Numbered from the stretch's first letter, positions 20,885 through 31,633 are shown. The stretch is 64,000 nucleotides of DNA from Bdellovibrionales bacterium (GCA_965199825.1 OZ241329.1:416001-480000); one strand, 5' to 3'. Numbers and translations are program-made. Notes: generated by a model from the sequence alone, not told the origin.

Positions 20885-23809
20885 TTTTTGGCTGAACGTT
20901 GGACTATAGTCTTCAATGGCAACCTTTTGCTCAAACGGAAAAATGGCGCACACCTTAATTTTTGCATCTGGATATCGTTGCTTGAGGCACCACGCATAAA
21001 TCTGCAGCTGCGACAGCGCCTTTTTCAGTGCGGCCATCGATCCCGACTTATAATCAATAATCCACCACTGCCCCTCGACCTCGCCCACAAGATCCATTTG
21101 GCCTTCGAGAATTCCATTGGGCGTGCGAGTTTGAAATCCCCATTCGGCAAAGCCTTGGGCGATCAGAGTCTTCATCGGTGGTGTCTCTAAGGATTGAACG
21201 TAGTCGACAGCCAATTGCCATTCCTCAGGAATGGGCAAAGAGCTATGATAACGAAGATTTTCAAACAAGCGATGCACGTCCATGCCTCTTTTTGCTCGGG
21301 TCAGATCATCCAATGAAAATTCTTTTTCATTTCCCAACAGATCGGTCACTGACTGTGATGACGCTCGGTGAAATTGATGAGACCAGAGGTCTCGCACCGA
21401 AATCTGGTGTTGAGAGGCGGTTTTGAATTCGTTCGAGGTTAAAGGCATCTTTAAGATCTCAACCGCGAAATCGGAATAAAAATGAATGCCCTCGTCGAGA
21501 ACTCTGAGCCAATCAAGACCATAGACCCACGATTCTTCAGAAGGATTTTTTGAGCTGTTAAAAAGATGGACCGAAGTTTTGGCACGAGTCATTGCCACAT
21601 AAAGCACTCGAGAATGCTCTTTGAGTTCTTGATCTTGAAATTTTTCGAGCACCATTTTTTCGGTCTGGGTGCCTTTGAGAGAATTATCCACGGGCCAAGC
21701 GATCGAGACTGATTTTTTTTGTTCATCAAACATGAGCGATGTCAGTTTGCTTTTTTGGGGGCGGGCACCCATACGCACAATCAGCACATGCGGAAACTGC
21801 AAACCCTTTGAGGCATGCACCGTCATCAAATTGATTCGGTCGGGCTCAAGACTGGAAACCGCATCGCCCTCGTCGCTATTTTCATCAATGACATCACTTT
21901 GCTCTTTGGCAAATTTGAGAAGTGAAAACCCCGGTCGGCTGGATTCCTGATGAAGAAGATTTACAAGTTTCCATAAGTTGGCCTCCATCCTTCCTGTGGG
22001 ATCAAGACTCAAACTTTTTTCCCAAAATTTTAGATCCTTAAGAGCATCAAAAAAGGCTTGCAGTAACCCTTTCTCTTTTGCGCTTTGCTGCAGGCGCAAC
22101 AGCTCTTGAAGTGCGGGCTCGTCTTTTAAAACTTCCTTAAAATGAACAAAATAATTCTCTGGATGATCCTTTAAAGCTTTTGCAAGTTGGGCATCTTGAA
22201 TTCGGGCAAAGGGCGATCGCAACAAAAGTATAAGATTGTCGTTATCAAAGGGGTTGACCAAAAATTTTATCAACGCCAATGCATCAATGATTTCTCTCCG
22301 CTCAAAAAATCCTTTGGTCTGATGGAGATAAAAGGGCAATTGCGACTGATGGAGCAACTGCGCCAAATGTTTTAAAACCTTATGGGTGCGGCCAAGAACA
22401 ACAATATCACTTAAGCTTGCTCCGTCATTGAGCAGTTTTTGAATGCGTGCAACAATCGCCTGGTCCTCAATCTCATCGGACTCGAGTTCAGAGTAACTGG
22501 CCACAACTGTTTTTTGATTTTGGGGCAAAGTTCGCGGCTGCATCGAAATAAAATTGCCACCAAAATTTTCAAATACTTTATTAAAGAAAGATAAAAGCTC
22601 TGGCTCTGAGCGGTAATTGCGATCGAGAATGTCGCGCTCGGCATTAAGCCCAGACATTTCTTTTTCAAAATTAACAAAGACATCGGTGCGAGCCCCGCGA
22701 AACAGATAGATACTCTGTTGCGGATCACCCACCACAAACCGGGGTCGATTGCCAATAAGTCCTCTTAACACTTCGACCTGTAAGGGCGAGGTGTCTTGAA
22801 ATTCATCGATCAACCACAGATCAAAACTTTCAGAAAAATTTTGGGCTAATGTGGGATAGTCACGCAGACCCTTTAAAGCGAGCAGCTCGACATCGTCCAT
22901 GGTGATTTGGCCGCATTCGTTTTTGAAAACATCAAAGCGTTCGCAAACCTTTTTCAAAAACAAAACAAAATTTTCGCTATTCTCAATCCTCTCGCTCCAG
23001 GTTGATGGATCAAGAGTGTCGTCACAAAAAAATTCTTTATACTTCTTTGACCAAATTCGGATTTCATCATCTAGAGTGCCAGAGATTTTTTTTTGATTAA
23101 AATTAGGCTTTCTTGGAAAATTGAGTTGGCTCGCAACAAACGAAAAGTTTTCTTCCGAAACAGATTGATCTAAGATCGATTTTAAATTGATCGCAAAGGC
23201 ACGAAAGGTTTTGTCTTCGGTTGTTTCAAAAAGCTGTTGAACAATTTCTTGCCCTTGCTCGGTCAAATTTTTTACAGTTTCAAGAAAGTCCTCACTTAAA
23301 TCTTTGAGTGTGACCGTTTTGATATCTTTGTGCTCGCGAAATAATCTCGAATATCGAGCCGCAATTCGAGAGAGTTCTTTAAGATCAAAAAAATCCATCC
23401 ACTGGGCATCTTCAAGTAAAACACCTCTGAGACTGAGCTTCATTAAGCGGTTTTCTTCAAAACTCGAAAGCACCGAAAAGCTAGGATCGAGATCCAAAAG
23501 ATGGGCAAATCTTTTTAAAAATAAACTAAACACACCATGAATGGTTGAAATAAAGGTTTGGGATTTGCTGCTCACAAACTCAAGCAGCTCCTGGTCCTCC
23601 CGCCGAAAGGCCTCGCGAATCAGCCGCTCACGCAGCTCTTGGGTGGCCTTGCGAGTAAATGTGGTCACCACCACAACCGGAAATTCATGATTTGTTTTTT
23701 TAAATTTTAAGGCAGAGTCGATCACGAATTGGGTGAGTGCTGTGGTCTTGCCAGCGCCTGCACCCGCACGCACCATTTTAGAAATTAATTGAGATGAGGG
23801 GCTCGACAT
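20861..23809 (-). CDS. addA: AddA/RecB-like UvrD helicase-nuclease
   Basis: AGAGAGKT, DEFQDT, VGDPQQSIY.FRGA, HASKGLQF, YVAMTRA, C-terminal DYKSG nuclease; SD GGAGG before ATG 23809. Confidence 0.85.
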   Translation of the reverse strand: MSSPSSQLISKMVRAGAGAGKTTALTQFVIDSALKFKKTNHEFPVVVVTTFTRKATQELRERLIREAFRREDQELLEFVSSKSQTFISTIHGVFSLFLKRFAHLLDLDPSFSVLSSFEENRLMKLSLRGVLLEDAQWMDFFDLKELSRIAARYSRLFREHKDIKTVTLKDLSEDFLETVKNLTEQGQEIVQQLFETTEDKTFRAFAINLKSILDQSVSEENFSFVASQLNFPRKPNFNQKKISGTLDDEIRIWSKKYKEFFCDDTLDPSTWSERIENSENFVLFLKKVCERFDVFKNECGQITMDDVELLALKGLRDYPTLAQNFSESFDLWLIDEFQDTSPLQVEVLRGLIGNRPRFVVGDPQQSIYLFRGARTDVFVNFEKEMSGLNAERDILDRNYRSEPELLSFFNKVFENFGGNFISMQPRTLPQNQKTVVASYSELESDEIEDQAIVARIQKLLNDGASLSDIVVLGRTHKVLKHLAQLLHQSQLPFYLHQTKGFFERREIIDALALIKFLVNPFDNDNLILLLRSPFARIQDAQLAKALKDHPENYFVHFKEVLKDEPALQELLRLQQSAKEKGLLQAFFDALKDLKFWEKSLSLDPTGRMEANLWKLVNLLHQESSRPGFSLLKFAKEQSDVIDENSDEGDAVSSLEPDRINLMTVHASKGLQFPHVLIVRMGARPQKSKLTSLMFDEQKKSVSIAWPVDNSLKGTQTEKMVLEKFQDQELKEHSRVLYVAMTRAKTSVHLFNSSKNPSEESWVYGLDWLRVLDEGIHFYSDFAVEILKMPLTSNEFKTASQHQISVRDLWSHQFHRASSQSVTDLLGNEKEFSLDDLTRAKRGMDVHRLFENLRYHSSLPIPEEWQLAVDYVQSLETPPMKTLIAQGFAEWGFQTRTPNGILEGQMDLVGEVEGQWWIIDYKSGSMAALKKALSQLQIYAWCLKQRYPDAKIKVCAIFPFEQKVAIEDYSPTFSQKLFELHGR

Positions 23810-25683
23810 AGCTTCCTCCATGCACAAAGCTCACATAATTTTTGATCGCGAGGGTTGGGATAGAATTCTCCCTTTTGAATATTTTCGACGGTGTTGAACA
23901 CAAGCTCGCGCAGTTCATTCAAAAATTTTGCTTTTTGTGTGGGCGACAACCAATTTTTAATTTTATCTACGCTTGAAAACAAGCTTTCATCGGTATCTTC
24001 AAGACGAAATCCCTTTTCGCGCTTTTTATCTTTTAAAACATAGTACAAAGCGCCCACCACTGGCGAATGCTCAAGGGATGTCACCCCATCCTCAACCGCA
24101 AGCATATAGATTCCGAGTTGAAGTTTCGCGTTGGAAATCCAACTCGACCAATGAAAAAGATTATGACTCGAACTTTTATAATCAATTAGCACCACATCTC
24201 GCGATACGTTTTGATCCACCCGATCAATTCGACCCAAAAATGGAATTCCGTCTCCCTCTTTAATAAATCGTTTTTGTTTTTGAGACCACAATGCTTTTAT
24301 TTCTAATTCGCGGGCCACGGTTTGGGTTTGTGGAAACCTCTTTCGCCATTCTTTTTCAAATTCTAAAAATTGGCTGCCGATTTTTATATATTTCTTTTTT
24401 ATTGAGGGCCAAAATTCTTTTTCGCCCAGTTGCACCCGATCTTTAATTTGCTCGAGCAGCTCCCCCACTTCATTTTCAGAAAGGTCAAACTTCATGGGCT
24501 CAATCGCCAACTTTTCAAAAAGAGCATGGAGCAATAAACCGCGCATCCTATGATCCAAATCAAGATCAAGAGCGGGATCATTGCTAAGATTAAAAACCTT
24601 TTCGGCGGCAAAGATAAATGGGCAATCCAAATACTTTTCGATTTGTGTGGCCGAGAGGCGCGTGATCTCAAAGGGACCAAATTGATGCGGTAGAGATTGG
24701 GCTTGATCCTGATTTTGCAATTCTGAAAGCCGAGTGGATTCGGGTTGTTCAAGATGCTCATGCGATAAACCAAACTCGACACTTTTTTCTAACCAAATCA
24801 AACTGGCGGCTTGAGCTTGCCCTGATAAATCATTGGCCGAAGTCGACAGATGAAGCTCCCTAACCTCACGCTCGAGCAACCACAGGGCCTCAAATTCTTT
24901 GTGCCGCTGATCGGGCAGCGGCAACTGAAATCCAGTTTGTTGTGAGAGCGATAAAACCTCTCGCACCGAGAGACCCATCGGCTCAAAACTCTTCAACGCT
25001 TCTTCGTTCAGTCCCATCACCCAGATGTACTCGGCCGATAACCAATCGGCCGATTCAAGATTGAGTATTTTTAAACCGTCGTCGACCCCGCGCTCCAAAA
25101 CAATTTCTGTTTTAACTAAGAGTCTTTCAAAATACTGAATCCAAAGTTTAAATGGCCACTCGATGTCACTTGGAACTTCAGACATCATTCTTTGCACAAT
25201 CGGTTTAAGCCAAAGCCCTTTTTGACCACCAAATTTTTTAATCACCACGTCTAAAAAATCTTGGAGAGAAAAGTTGTGATTCGAAAGATTTTGGATAAAG
25301 GACTGAATCTCGGGATCATCTTCGGTTTGGTAGGCCCCATAAAAGTTGTGGTAGCGGCGCACAAAATTTTTATAAAGCATCTGGGGTGCTGCCTCAAACA
25401 GGACCGACTCTAAAAGAGATCGGTCCACTTCACCCGCCATCAGTTTTAATTTTGAATTGAGCAATTGCATTTCGGGATGCAATAAAACTTTTGTGACAAT
25501 GGACTTATCGCAAGGAATACCTTCGATGCGAAAATATTCGGATAAAGTTGGCCACACATCCTCCATATTGGGATGAAGAATTGCAATATCAGAGGGGCTC
25601 ACCCCTTGGTCGAGCCACTTTCGCGACTGCGCAACCGCCGCCTGAACTTCGCTCAAGGTGCTTGCATAACGATGGAGCTTCAA
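23785..25683 (-). CDS. addB: AddB-like PD-(D/E)XK nuclease with Fe-S cysteines (C-terminal part)
   Basis: LSATQIEKYLDCPF, GRIDRVD, IDYKS, QLGIY, CELCAWRKLC. Confidence 0.8.
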   Translation of the reverse strand: MKLHRYASTLSEVQAAVAQSRKWLDQGVSPSDIAILHPNMEDVWPTLSEYFRIEGIPCDKSIVTKVLLHPEMQLLNSKLKLMAGEVDRSLLESVLFEAAPQMLYKNFVRRYHNFYGAYQTEDDPEIQSFIQNLSNHNFSLQDFLDVVIKKFGGQKGLWLKPIVQRMMSEVPSDIEWPFKLWIQYFERLLVKTEIVLERGVDDGLKILNLESADWLSAEYIWVMGLNEEALKSFEPMGLSVREVLSLSQQTGFQLPLPDQRHKEFEALWLLEREVRELHLSTSANDLSGQAQAASLIWLEKSVEFGLSHEHLEQPESTRLSELQNQDQAQSLPHQFGPFEITRLSATQIEKYLDCPFIFAAEKVFNLSNDPALDLDLDHRMRGLLLHALFEKLAIEPMKFDLSENEVGELLEQIKDRVQLGEKEFWPSIKKKYIKIGSQFLEFEKEWRKRFPQTQTVARELEIKALWSQKQKRFIKEGDGIPFLGRIDRVDQNVSRDVVLIDYKSSSHNLFHWSSWISNAKLQLGIYMLAVEDGVTSLEHSPVVGALYYVLKDKKREKGFRLEDTDESLFSSVDKIKNWLSPTQKAKFLNELRELVFNTVENIQKGEFYPNPRDQKLCELCAWRKLCRAPHLN

Positions 25684-26378
25684 TTTTTTAATCTCTCATA
25701 GCACGCACTGGATGCACTAAAGCGATGGGTCCATGAGGTCGTCGGCACAATGACGGTGACCGAGTTTGATTTTGACATCCGGTGGATCAAATCAACTTCT
25801 AGAGGCGAAATTTCAGAGCCCAAATCAAAAACCAAATGTTTAGACCAATTGAGCTCTTCAACATCATATTCAATTAAAGCCCCACTGACCATGTTGAGAG
25901 GAGTCAGCCCCTGTGCCCGAAGGTAATCCCAGGCTCTTTTACTGAGCTCAAACCAAGATCTCCAACGGATTTGACTCTCGGGGTGCTCTTCCATCCACTC
26001 GAGCAAAAGCTCCTCGCCGTTTTTTTGCACAAGCAAAGGAAGCAGCTGCTCAAGATAAATCAGCAATGTCTTTTGGCTCTCGGCACTCTTGGTCCACTGA
26101 AGCTCCATTGGTTTTAACCAATGAGAAAGAATCGTGGCGGTCAAATCTTGCGAAATAAGCCGCGCCTGCGGATTGAATCTGAGATAAATCGTTTTCCACA
26201 ATTCGCTTGCCCGCAGCACATTGATATCTTCAACAAAATTTGTTTGTTTCATAATTCGCTTTTGTAATTCCGATTTTGATTTGAGATCGGAAACAATCCA
26301 CGAGGTTTCAAATGGATCAATACTTTCCAAATGACTTTGTTTTTCGCTAAAATTTTTTACCGGTTTAAGTTGCAGCAA
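25680..26378 (-). CDS. Probable N-terminal part of the AddB-like protein
   Basis: Lies directly upstream; TTGA overlap after an A6 run; one extra A would fuse the two ORFs. Confidence 0.6.
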   Translation of the reverse strand: MLQLKPVKNFSEKQSHLESIDPFETSWIVSDLKSKSELQKRIMKQTNFVEDINVLRASELWKTIYLRFNPQARLISQDLTATILSHWLKPMELQWTKSAESQKTLLIYLEQLLPLLVQKNGEELLLEWMEEHPESQIRWRSWFELSKRAWDYLRAQGLTPLNMVSGALIEYDVEELNWSKHLVFDLGSEISPLEVDLIHRMSKSNSVTVIVPTTSWTHRFSASSACYERLKN

Positions 26379-26386
26379 ATATTTTG

Positions 26387-27475
26387 TTATCGACGTCTTT
26401 TAACCCGAGCCGAATTCCTTTTTGGGTTTGAGTTAAACCCAAGATCAAAGCCAAGTTCAAGAGTTGCCTGAACAACATAGCGGCGATCGACAAGCTGCCC
26501 CGCATATTCACCAAGCTCAACTCCATAAGTCGCGGCATCGAGATGAACCAACCACAGATTGACGCCCGCGCCCAAACTGTAAGCCCCTTGAGACAAGCCG
26601 CCGCGGACAGTAAATAAAGGAAAAACAATCTCGAGGCCCACATTTACTTTTTTTGAAGTTTGAATTTCGTAATGGTTGAGATACCGCAGATCGACACTGG
26701 GTGTAATGTCGATTAAAAAATTTGAAAAAGTGGTGGCAAATCCAAAACTCACATCATCGGTCTCATGCGGGGGAAGTCCATAGCTGGTTACACCCACATT
26801 GCGATAAGTTGCGGCAATAACAGTCTCACTCCCATTGAGATTAAAAATGGTGTTGAGACCAAGATCAATCTCAATGCCGTCGCCACTCACCCGAAATTGA
26901 TCAAGCAATTGTTGCGAACTGAGGGTGCCCACCGTACTTGGCCCCAGCACTTTACGCATGCCCATCCGTCTAATTTTTTTTATGACCACGCCGGCTTCGA
27001 CACTGTGATTCAATGGGACAGCGACACCTGCCGCATAGCCAAAATCATTAACCGCATTGGCTTGTAGGGAAGTCATCGCCGGATTTTGTGCTTTGAAGCT
27101 CACATCCAAATTATCAAAAATTGCGAAACCAAAATACGGCCCGACCAAACTTAATTTGTCCGACACCGCTGCGGCCTCTTGAGACCCATAAAGACCTTGC
27201 ACCACATTTGAGTAATCGTTACTCGTGCCGCCTTTTAGATCTTTTAATTTGTCGTAGGCCTTGGTGTCGTCCACCGAAACTTCTGGATCAGCCACCGTGA
27301 CATAAACTCCACCAATTCGTCCCAAGGCTGCCGGATTATAAAACAGGGCATCCGAATCTTTTACCACCGCCGTATAGGCATTGCCCATTCCAAGTGCTCG
27401 AGCATTGGTCCAAGTTTGAAATAGCTCACTGGCCCAAGAGCTACTCAAAAACAAAATCGCTAGTAACACAAACAC
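26387..27475 (-). CDS. FadL/TraF-like outer-membrane beta-barrel
   Basis: ARALGMGNAYTAV..DSDALFYNPAAL N-terminal motif; basic C-terminal tail. Confidence 0.75.
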   Translation of the reverse strand: MFVLLAILFLSSSWASELFQTWTNARALGMGNAYTAVVKDSDALFYNPAALGRIGGVYVTVADPEVSVDDTKAYDKLKDLKGGTSNDYSNVVQGLYGSQEAAAVSDKLSLVGPYFGFAIFDNLDVSFKAQNPAMTSLQANAVNDFGYAAGVAVPLNHSVEAGVVIKKIRRMGMRKVLGPSTVGTLSSQQLLDQFRVSGDGIEIDLGLNTIFNLNGSETVIAATYRNVGVTSYGLPPHETDDVSFGFATTFSNFLIDITPSVDLRYLNHYEIQTSKKVNVGLEIVFPLFTVRGGLSQGAYSLGAGVNLWLVHLDAATYGVELGEYAGQLVDRRYVVQATLELGFDLGFNSNPKRNSARVKRRR

Positions 27476-28257
27476 ATCGCAAGAGAATTCCCGCAGGACC
27501 CGACACCGACGTATTGATTTTCACCAATCATCGAGCGAATCCCTTTGAGTTGATCAGAGGTCACGCTTGCAGTGTCGGTCACTCCACAAAAATTAAATGA
27601 ACTTGGTATGGGTGCCTGTGAGAGCACCCCGCAAACAGTTTGAAGAGTGATGGCCTGGGCAAGCCCAATCGAAGTCGTTGAAGCAATATAGGTTAATGTG
27701 GCTGCGGCATGACCTAACGCGGTCACAATTTGAGCGGCATCTTGATCAGTCAGACTCGAAGTTGAACACGAATTAAAGCTTGGATCAGGATTTGGGCCGC
27801 CCAAAGTTTCGGCGCGCAAATTAAGAATAGTTCCGATTTTGGTAAAACTTAAAAAAACCAAAAATAAATTTTCATCCAGCGATCGCAGATCAGGTGTGGC
27901 GCCGAGAGTTTGGATGATTGATTCAGCAGCAATGCAATCTGCCATTTGACTTAAAGTACTGTGAGCAAAAGTTTGCATTAAAAAAAGAAATAACCGCGTG
28001 TTGTCGATATTTAATAAATCGGTCACAAGCTTGACGTAGTTGAGTCCGCAACGACCCGCATAAGCCGAAGCCAATAAGTTTTTTGTGCTCCGCTGTCCGA
28101 GCACATCCGGAGTCAACTTTGGAAAATCGTCAATGGCTTGAGACCACCGCGAATGATCAATATTATTTTGAACCTCAAAAAGAATCGATTCATTGGTGTC
28201 TTTTTTGGTGCACGAAATCAAACACACCATTAGAAATAAAAATAACCATCGCGTCAT
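27460..28257 (-). CDS. Cys-rich helical lipoprotein
   Basis: Lipobox LISC, TPR-like 'LASAYAGRCGL', several Cys. Confidence 0.7.
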   Translation of the reverse strand: MTRWLFLFLMVCLISCTKKDTNESILFEVQNNIDHSRWSQAIDDFPKLTPDVLGQRSTKNLLASAYAGRCGLNYVKLVTDLLNIDNTRLFLFLMQTFAHSTLSQMADCIAAESIIQTLGATPDLRSLDENLFLVFLSFTKIGTILNLRAETLGGPNPDPSFNSCSTSSLTDQDAAQIVTALGHAAATLTYIASTTSIGLAQAITLQTVCGVLSQAPIPSSFNFCGVTDTASVTSDQLKGIRSMIGENQYVGVGSCGNSLAMCLCY

Positions 28258-29288
28258 TAAAACCTAACCGCAAATTTTGCATCGAATCTGCGATCTTCTT
28301 GTTGAACCTCGCTCGTGCCCACATCGATTCCATAACTTGCGATTTGCAGTTGATAATGAGCATGAGAAATTTCAAACCCCGCAGTCCAATATCTTTGATT
28401 CATTCCGGCTCTCAAAAAAACGGCATCAAACACATTGATCTCAGCCCCAATATGAAAATGTTTGATCGCCTCATCTTTGGATCCAATGTTTGTGTATTCC
28501 ACCGTAAATGATGAGCGCGTGCCGCGATCAAAAATTGGAAACAGAGCAAGAGCCACATCGACGCTGGATTTCACCCCATCGGGACGAGTGGTGGTTTGAT
28601 TTATAAATCCTTTGCCGCGAGTAAAAGTTGTATCGCCCACATCGCGCGCCACCACCGAAAAAGTGGGAAGCCACACGGTGGGTGCCGCAAGCAAAATTCC
28701 AATATCACTAGCCACACCCAAACCCTCAGAGGCGGTTGCGTCAAGGCTGAGACCCGTAGATGTGCTCGGCATATCCTTGGCAATTTGTGTGCGATCGATA
28801 AAGCGGGCATTGGCGCCAACTTTAAGAACACCGCCATACAACCGGCGGCTCAAACCCAGAATTGCCGCAAAATCATTGGTGTAATCTAAACGGAAATTGT
28901 TTGTAGCTGAGTTGACCTGAGCATCGGTCTGATATTTGCCAAAAAGTCCAAATCCTAAATTTGGAACAACAGCTGAGGGAAAAACTTGCGCCTTACTGTG
29001 ATAGTGTTTGTTGGGCAAATTGTTAAGGGAGTCTAAAAGTTTTTGGGGATTGTTGGCGGTAAAAACGCTCGTTCCTAAAACCGGCTGGGTGTTGACGTTG
29101 ATTTCAACTTCGGGATCGATCACGGTGATGATTTTTTCTTTTAATTTTCCAAGCCCAGCTGGATTCGACATGAGCGAGGTTTCGTCATCCACCACCGCAA
29201 TCGAAGCCCCACCCATTCCCATTTGTCGAATGCCACTATAAAAACTTTCGGCTCTACATTGAATGATAAAAAGAATTAAAAAAATCAT
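28257..29288 (-). CDS. FadL/TraF-like outer-membrane beta-barrel
   Basis: IRQMGMGGASIAVVDD...NPAGL; terminal Phe; ATG 29288 overlaps the upstream TGA. Confidence 0.75.
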   Translation of the reverse strand: MIFLILFIIQCRAESFYSGIRQMGMGGASIAVVDDETSLMSNPAGLGKLKEKIITVIDPEVEINVNTQPVLGTSVFTANNPQKLLDSLNNLPNKHYHSKAQVFPSAVVPNLGFGLFGKYQTDAQVNSATNNFRLDYTNDFAAILGLSRRLYGGVLKVGANARFIDRTQIAKDMPSTSTGLSLDATASEGLGVASDIGILLAAPTVWLPTFSVVARDVGDTTFTRGKGFINQTTTRPDGVKSSVDVALALFPIFDRGTRSSFTVEYTNIGSKDEAIKHFHIGAEINVFDAVFLRAGMNQRYWTAGFEISHAHYQLQIASYGIDVGTSEVQQEDRRFDAKFAVRF

Positions 29289-29800
29289 TTGGGTTGAAGC
29301 TGAGGTGAAGAGTAAAGAGCTAAACAACCCTCATTGAGACGGATCAGTAGATCCCTTTCAAATTCAGAAAAATGTTTAAATTTTGAAGGCATTTTATAAA
29401 GGTCATCAATCCGAGGTAAGGGTGAGGGCACAAAAAGTGAGGCCACCGACAAAATGACCGCCAAAAGTTCGGCTCTCACCAAGTTTTCGACACCCACGTG
29501 CTCAAACCCCAATGTCCAGGACTGACTCGTCATTTTAGAAAGCCCCGCAATGGTGAGTGGCGCTACTAACGCGGTCGACATGGTGATGCCAAAGACAGCG
29601 ACCGGAAAATCAAATGGTTTTTTAAATCCGTAAGATATCATCACGTGTTCTAAAACTTCTTTTGTATAAAGCCCCTCACCCAGTGGCCTTACATTTTCGT
29701 CATCGACCACTTCAAGTTTATAGTGGTGGCCTAATTTTTCGACATACAGTTGTTGGGAAAAAACAGGCAATGACATCAGCATAAAAATTAAATTTGTCAT
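29285..29800 (-). CDS. Hypothetical protein with signal peptide and two hydrophobic segments
   Basis: Fills the gap between coupled genes; C-terminal 'GCLALY'. Confidence 0.6.
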   Translation of the reverse strand: MTNLIFMLMSLPVFSQQLYVEKLGHHYKLEVVDDENVRPLGEGLYTKEVLEHVMISYGFKKPFDFPVAVFGITMSTALVAPLTIAGLSKMTSQSWTLGFEHVGVENLVRAELLAVILSVASLFVPSPLPRIDDLYKMPSKFKHFSEFERDLLIRLNEGCLALYSSPQLQPK

Positions 29801-29832
29801 ATTTAATTGCTATCACTCCATCAGGTCAGAGT

Positions 29833-30510
29833 CTATTGGGCCAGTTGCTGATACAGTTCGAGTGCCACATTGGTGGGATTGCCATTGCTTGCCGCAATAG
29901 CTTGATTGATCTTGGTGCAAACATCAGTGTTGGCATTGCTACTGGCGCAGTAGGTTTGCCCCACATTTTCAGCCGCAGTACCGATTGCATGATCATCACA
30001 AACTCCACCAAATCCACCATTCGAGCATCGAGTCAGCGCATCTTGCACTTGAGTTTGGGTCGGAGGCTGGCCAGAGTTTGGATCGTAACCCGGCACCACT
30101 GACATCAGTTGCGATCCGACAAGACTCAGTTGAGCAAGATAACTAAAAATGGGCACACCCGATTGATTGCAATAAGTCACCGCCTGTTGGGCCAACGACA
30201 CTGGCGTCAAGGCCAGAGCACCAATGTAGATCACCTCTTTTTGTACCGAATTGTCTTTTAAAGATTTTGCCGCATTTGCAATTTTGGTTGTGGTTAAGCC
30301 GCCCGCCGTAAATTGAATCGAGCACTTAATCACATTGGCAGCAGGTGAAGTTAAATTTTGAATCGATGCCAAACACGCATTGGCTTGTGAGGGGTTGGAA
30401 TCATCCACTTGGTCCAAACATTTTTGTGCAGTGGTAAGCTCATCAGTCTCTTGACTCTCACATCCACAAAAAACAATTAACAAAACAGAAATAAGTATTT
30501 TAGAAATCAA
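29833..30510 (-). CDS. Cys-rich lipoprotein
   Basis: Lipobox-like FCGC, eight further Cys, Gln/Asn/Ser-rich. Confidence 0.7.
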   Translation of the reverse strand: MISKILISVLLIVFCGCESQETDELTTAQKCLDQVDDSNPSQANACLASIQNLTSPAANVIKCSIQFTAGGLTTTKIANAAKSLKDNSVQKEVIYIGALALTPVSLAQQAVTYCNQSGVPIFSYLAQLSLVGSQLMSVVPGYDPNSGQPPTQTQVQDALTRCSNGGFGGVCDDHAIGTAAENVGQTYCASSNANTDVCTKINQAIAASNGNPTNVALELYQQLAQ

Positions 30511-31630
30511 GACTGCACTCCGCGACGTAGCGTCGGTTTTGTTGGGGGCTTGATGCGGTTGCGACCTCTTCGCCCACGGTTGCTAACTCAAGCTGAAACC
30601 ACAACAACTTTGCACCGAATCCGGCTGTTAAATAACCTTGATTTAGTCCAAGAGACCAATGTCCCTTCCACCGGCTCGACATCGTCCAATAAAATTCAGA
30701 CCCCAAATGTAAACCTTTTCTAAAAGTCCAGTGCGGATCATTGACGTCTCTTAAATCGGCCGCCACACGTGGGGCAAACATCCAAAACCTTGGCAAATCG
30801 TAAACGCTTCCGAAATCAAATTTTCTGCCGGTGCGATTGGGATTTAAAGATTGCGGATTTATAAAATGAAAATTTTTGAAGTAACCTTCGTTCACCACAT
30901 TTCTCACCACAACCGCAAAAGTGGGTTTGATAAACGAAGACGTCTCATAGCTATATAAGGCTCCAAGGTCCATATCCACCGTCAAACCCTCTTGGGCATC
31001 TTTAGAATCAAATATTTTTGTGTTGTCGGCCAATTGGGCTGCAATCAAAATGGTATTGGCCTGGATGCGGTGAATCGCCTTGACTGTAGCTCCGAGTGAT
31101 AAATGATTTTTATTTGATTCACTTAAGATTTCACCCGCATAGCTGTAAGCAAGTGTCGTATCTGCATAAGCATTAAAATTGATAGCGGGGCCAACTTCAC
31201 GATGAACACTCGCAGTCACCTCCACATCGGCAGGAACAAAGGCAAGCCCCCACTTTGGCCGAACATAGAGAGCCGCTAATGTGGGTACCCGCGCGTAATG
31301 GGTTTTGCCATAATTTTGCGAGATCAAATTGGTAAAGGCATCAATCTTTGAATTGTCATCGGGTTGATTGGCGGCGGCTTGGGCATCTTTGACAAATTTT
31401 TGGGCTTGGGTACTCACCGCTGCGCCAATCCCAAGATGCAAATTAGAATCTGATCTTCTTGAGAGTGCTGCGGGATTATAAAAAATGGCGGCCGAATCAT
31501 CCACTGCGGCAGTAAAGGCATTGCCCATTCCGAGGGCTCGGGGACTGACAAAGTCTTGATGAATTTGGGTGCTCATCGATGGACTCGCCTGTGCAAAGGC
31601 CGAAACAAAAATAAGTAAATAAAATTTCAA
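30500..31630 (-). CDS. FadL/TraF-like outer-membrane beta-barrel
   Basis: PRALGMGNAFTAAVDD..AIFYNPAAL; terminal 'SLDF'. Confidence 0.75.
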   Translation of the reverse strand: MKFYLLIFVSAFAQASPSMSTQIHQDFVSPRALGMGNAFTAAVDDSAAIFYNPAALSRRSDSNLHLGIGAAVSTQAQKFVKDAQAAANQPDDNSKIDAFTNLISQNYGKTHYARVPTLAALYVRPKWGLAFVPADVEVTASVHREVGPAINFNAYADTTLAYSYAGEILSESNKNHLSLGATVKAIHRIQANTILIAAQLADNTKIFDSKDAQEGLTVDMDLGALYSYETSSFIKPTFAVVVRNVVNEGYFKNFHFINPQSLNPNRTGRKFDFGSVYDLPRFWMFAPRVAADLRDVNDPHWTFRKGLHLGSEFYWTMSSRWKGHWSLGLNQGYLTAGFGAKLLWFQLELATVGEEVATASSPQQNRRYVAECSLDF

Positions 31631-31633
31631 AAT

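Noticed and set aside
26387..31630. Conjugative element, suggested by TraF-like barrels
   Set aside because: No relaxase, VirB4, coupling protein or integrase; the genes are embedded among housekeeping genes.
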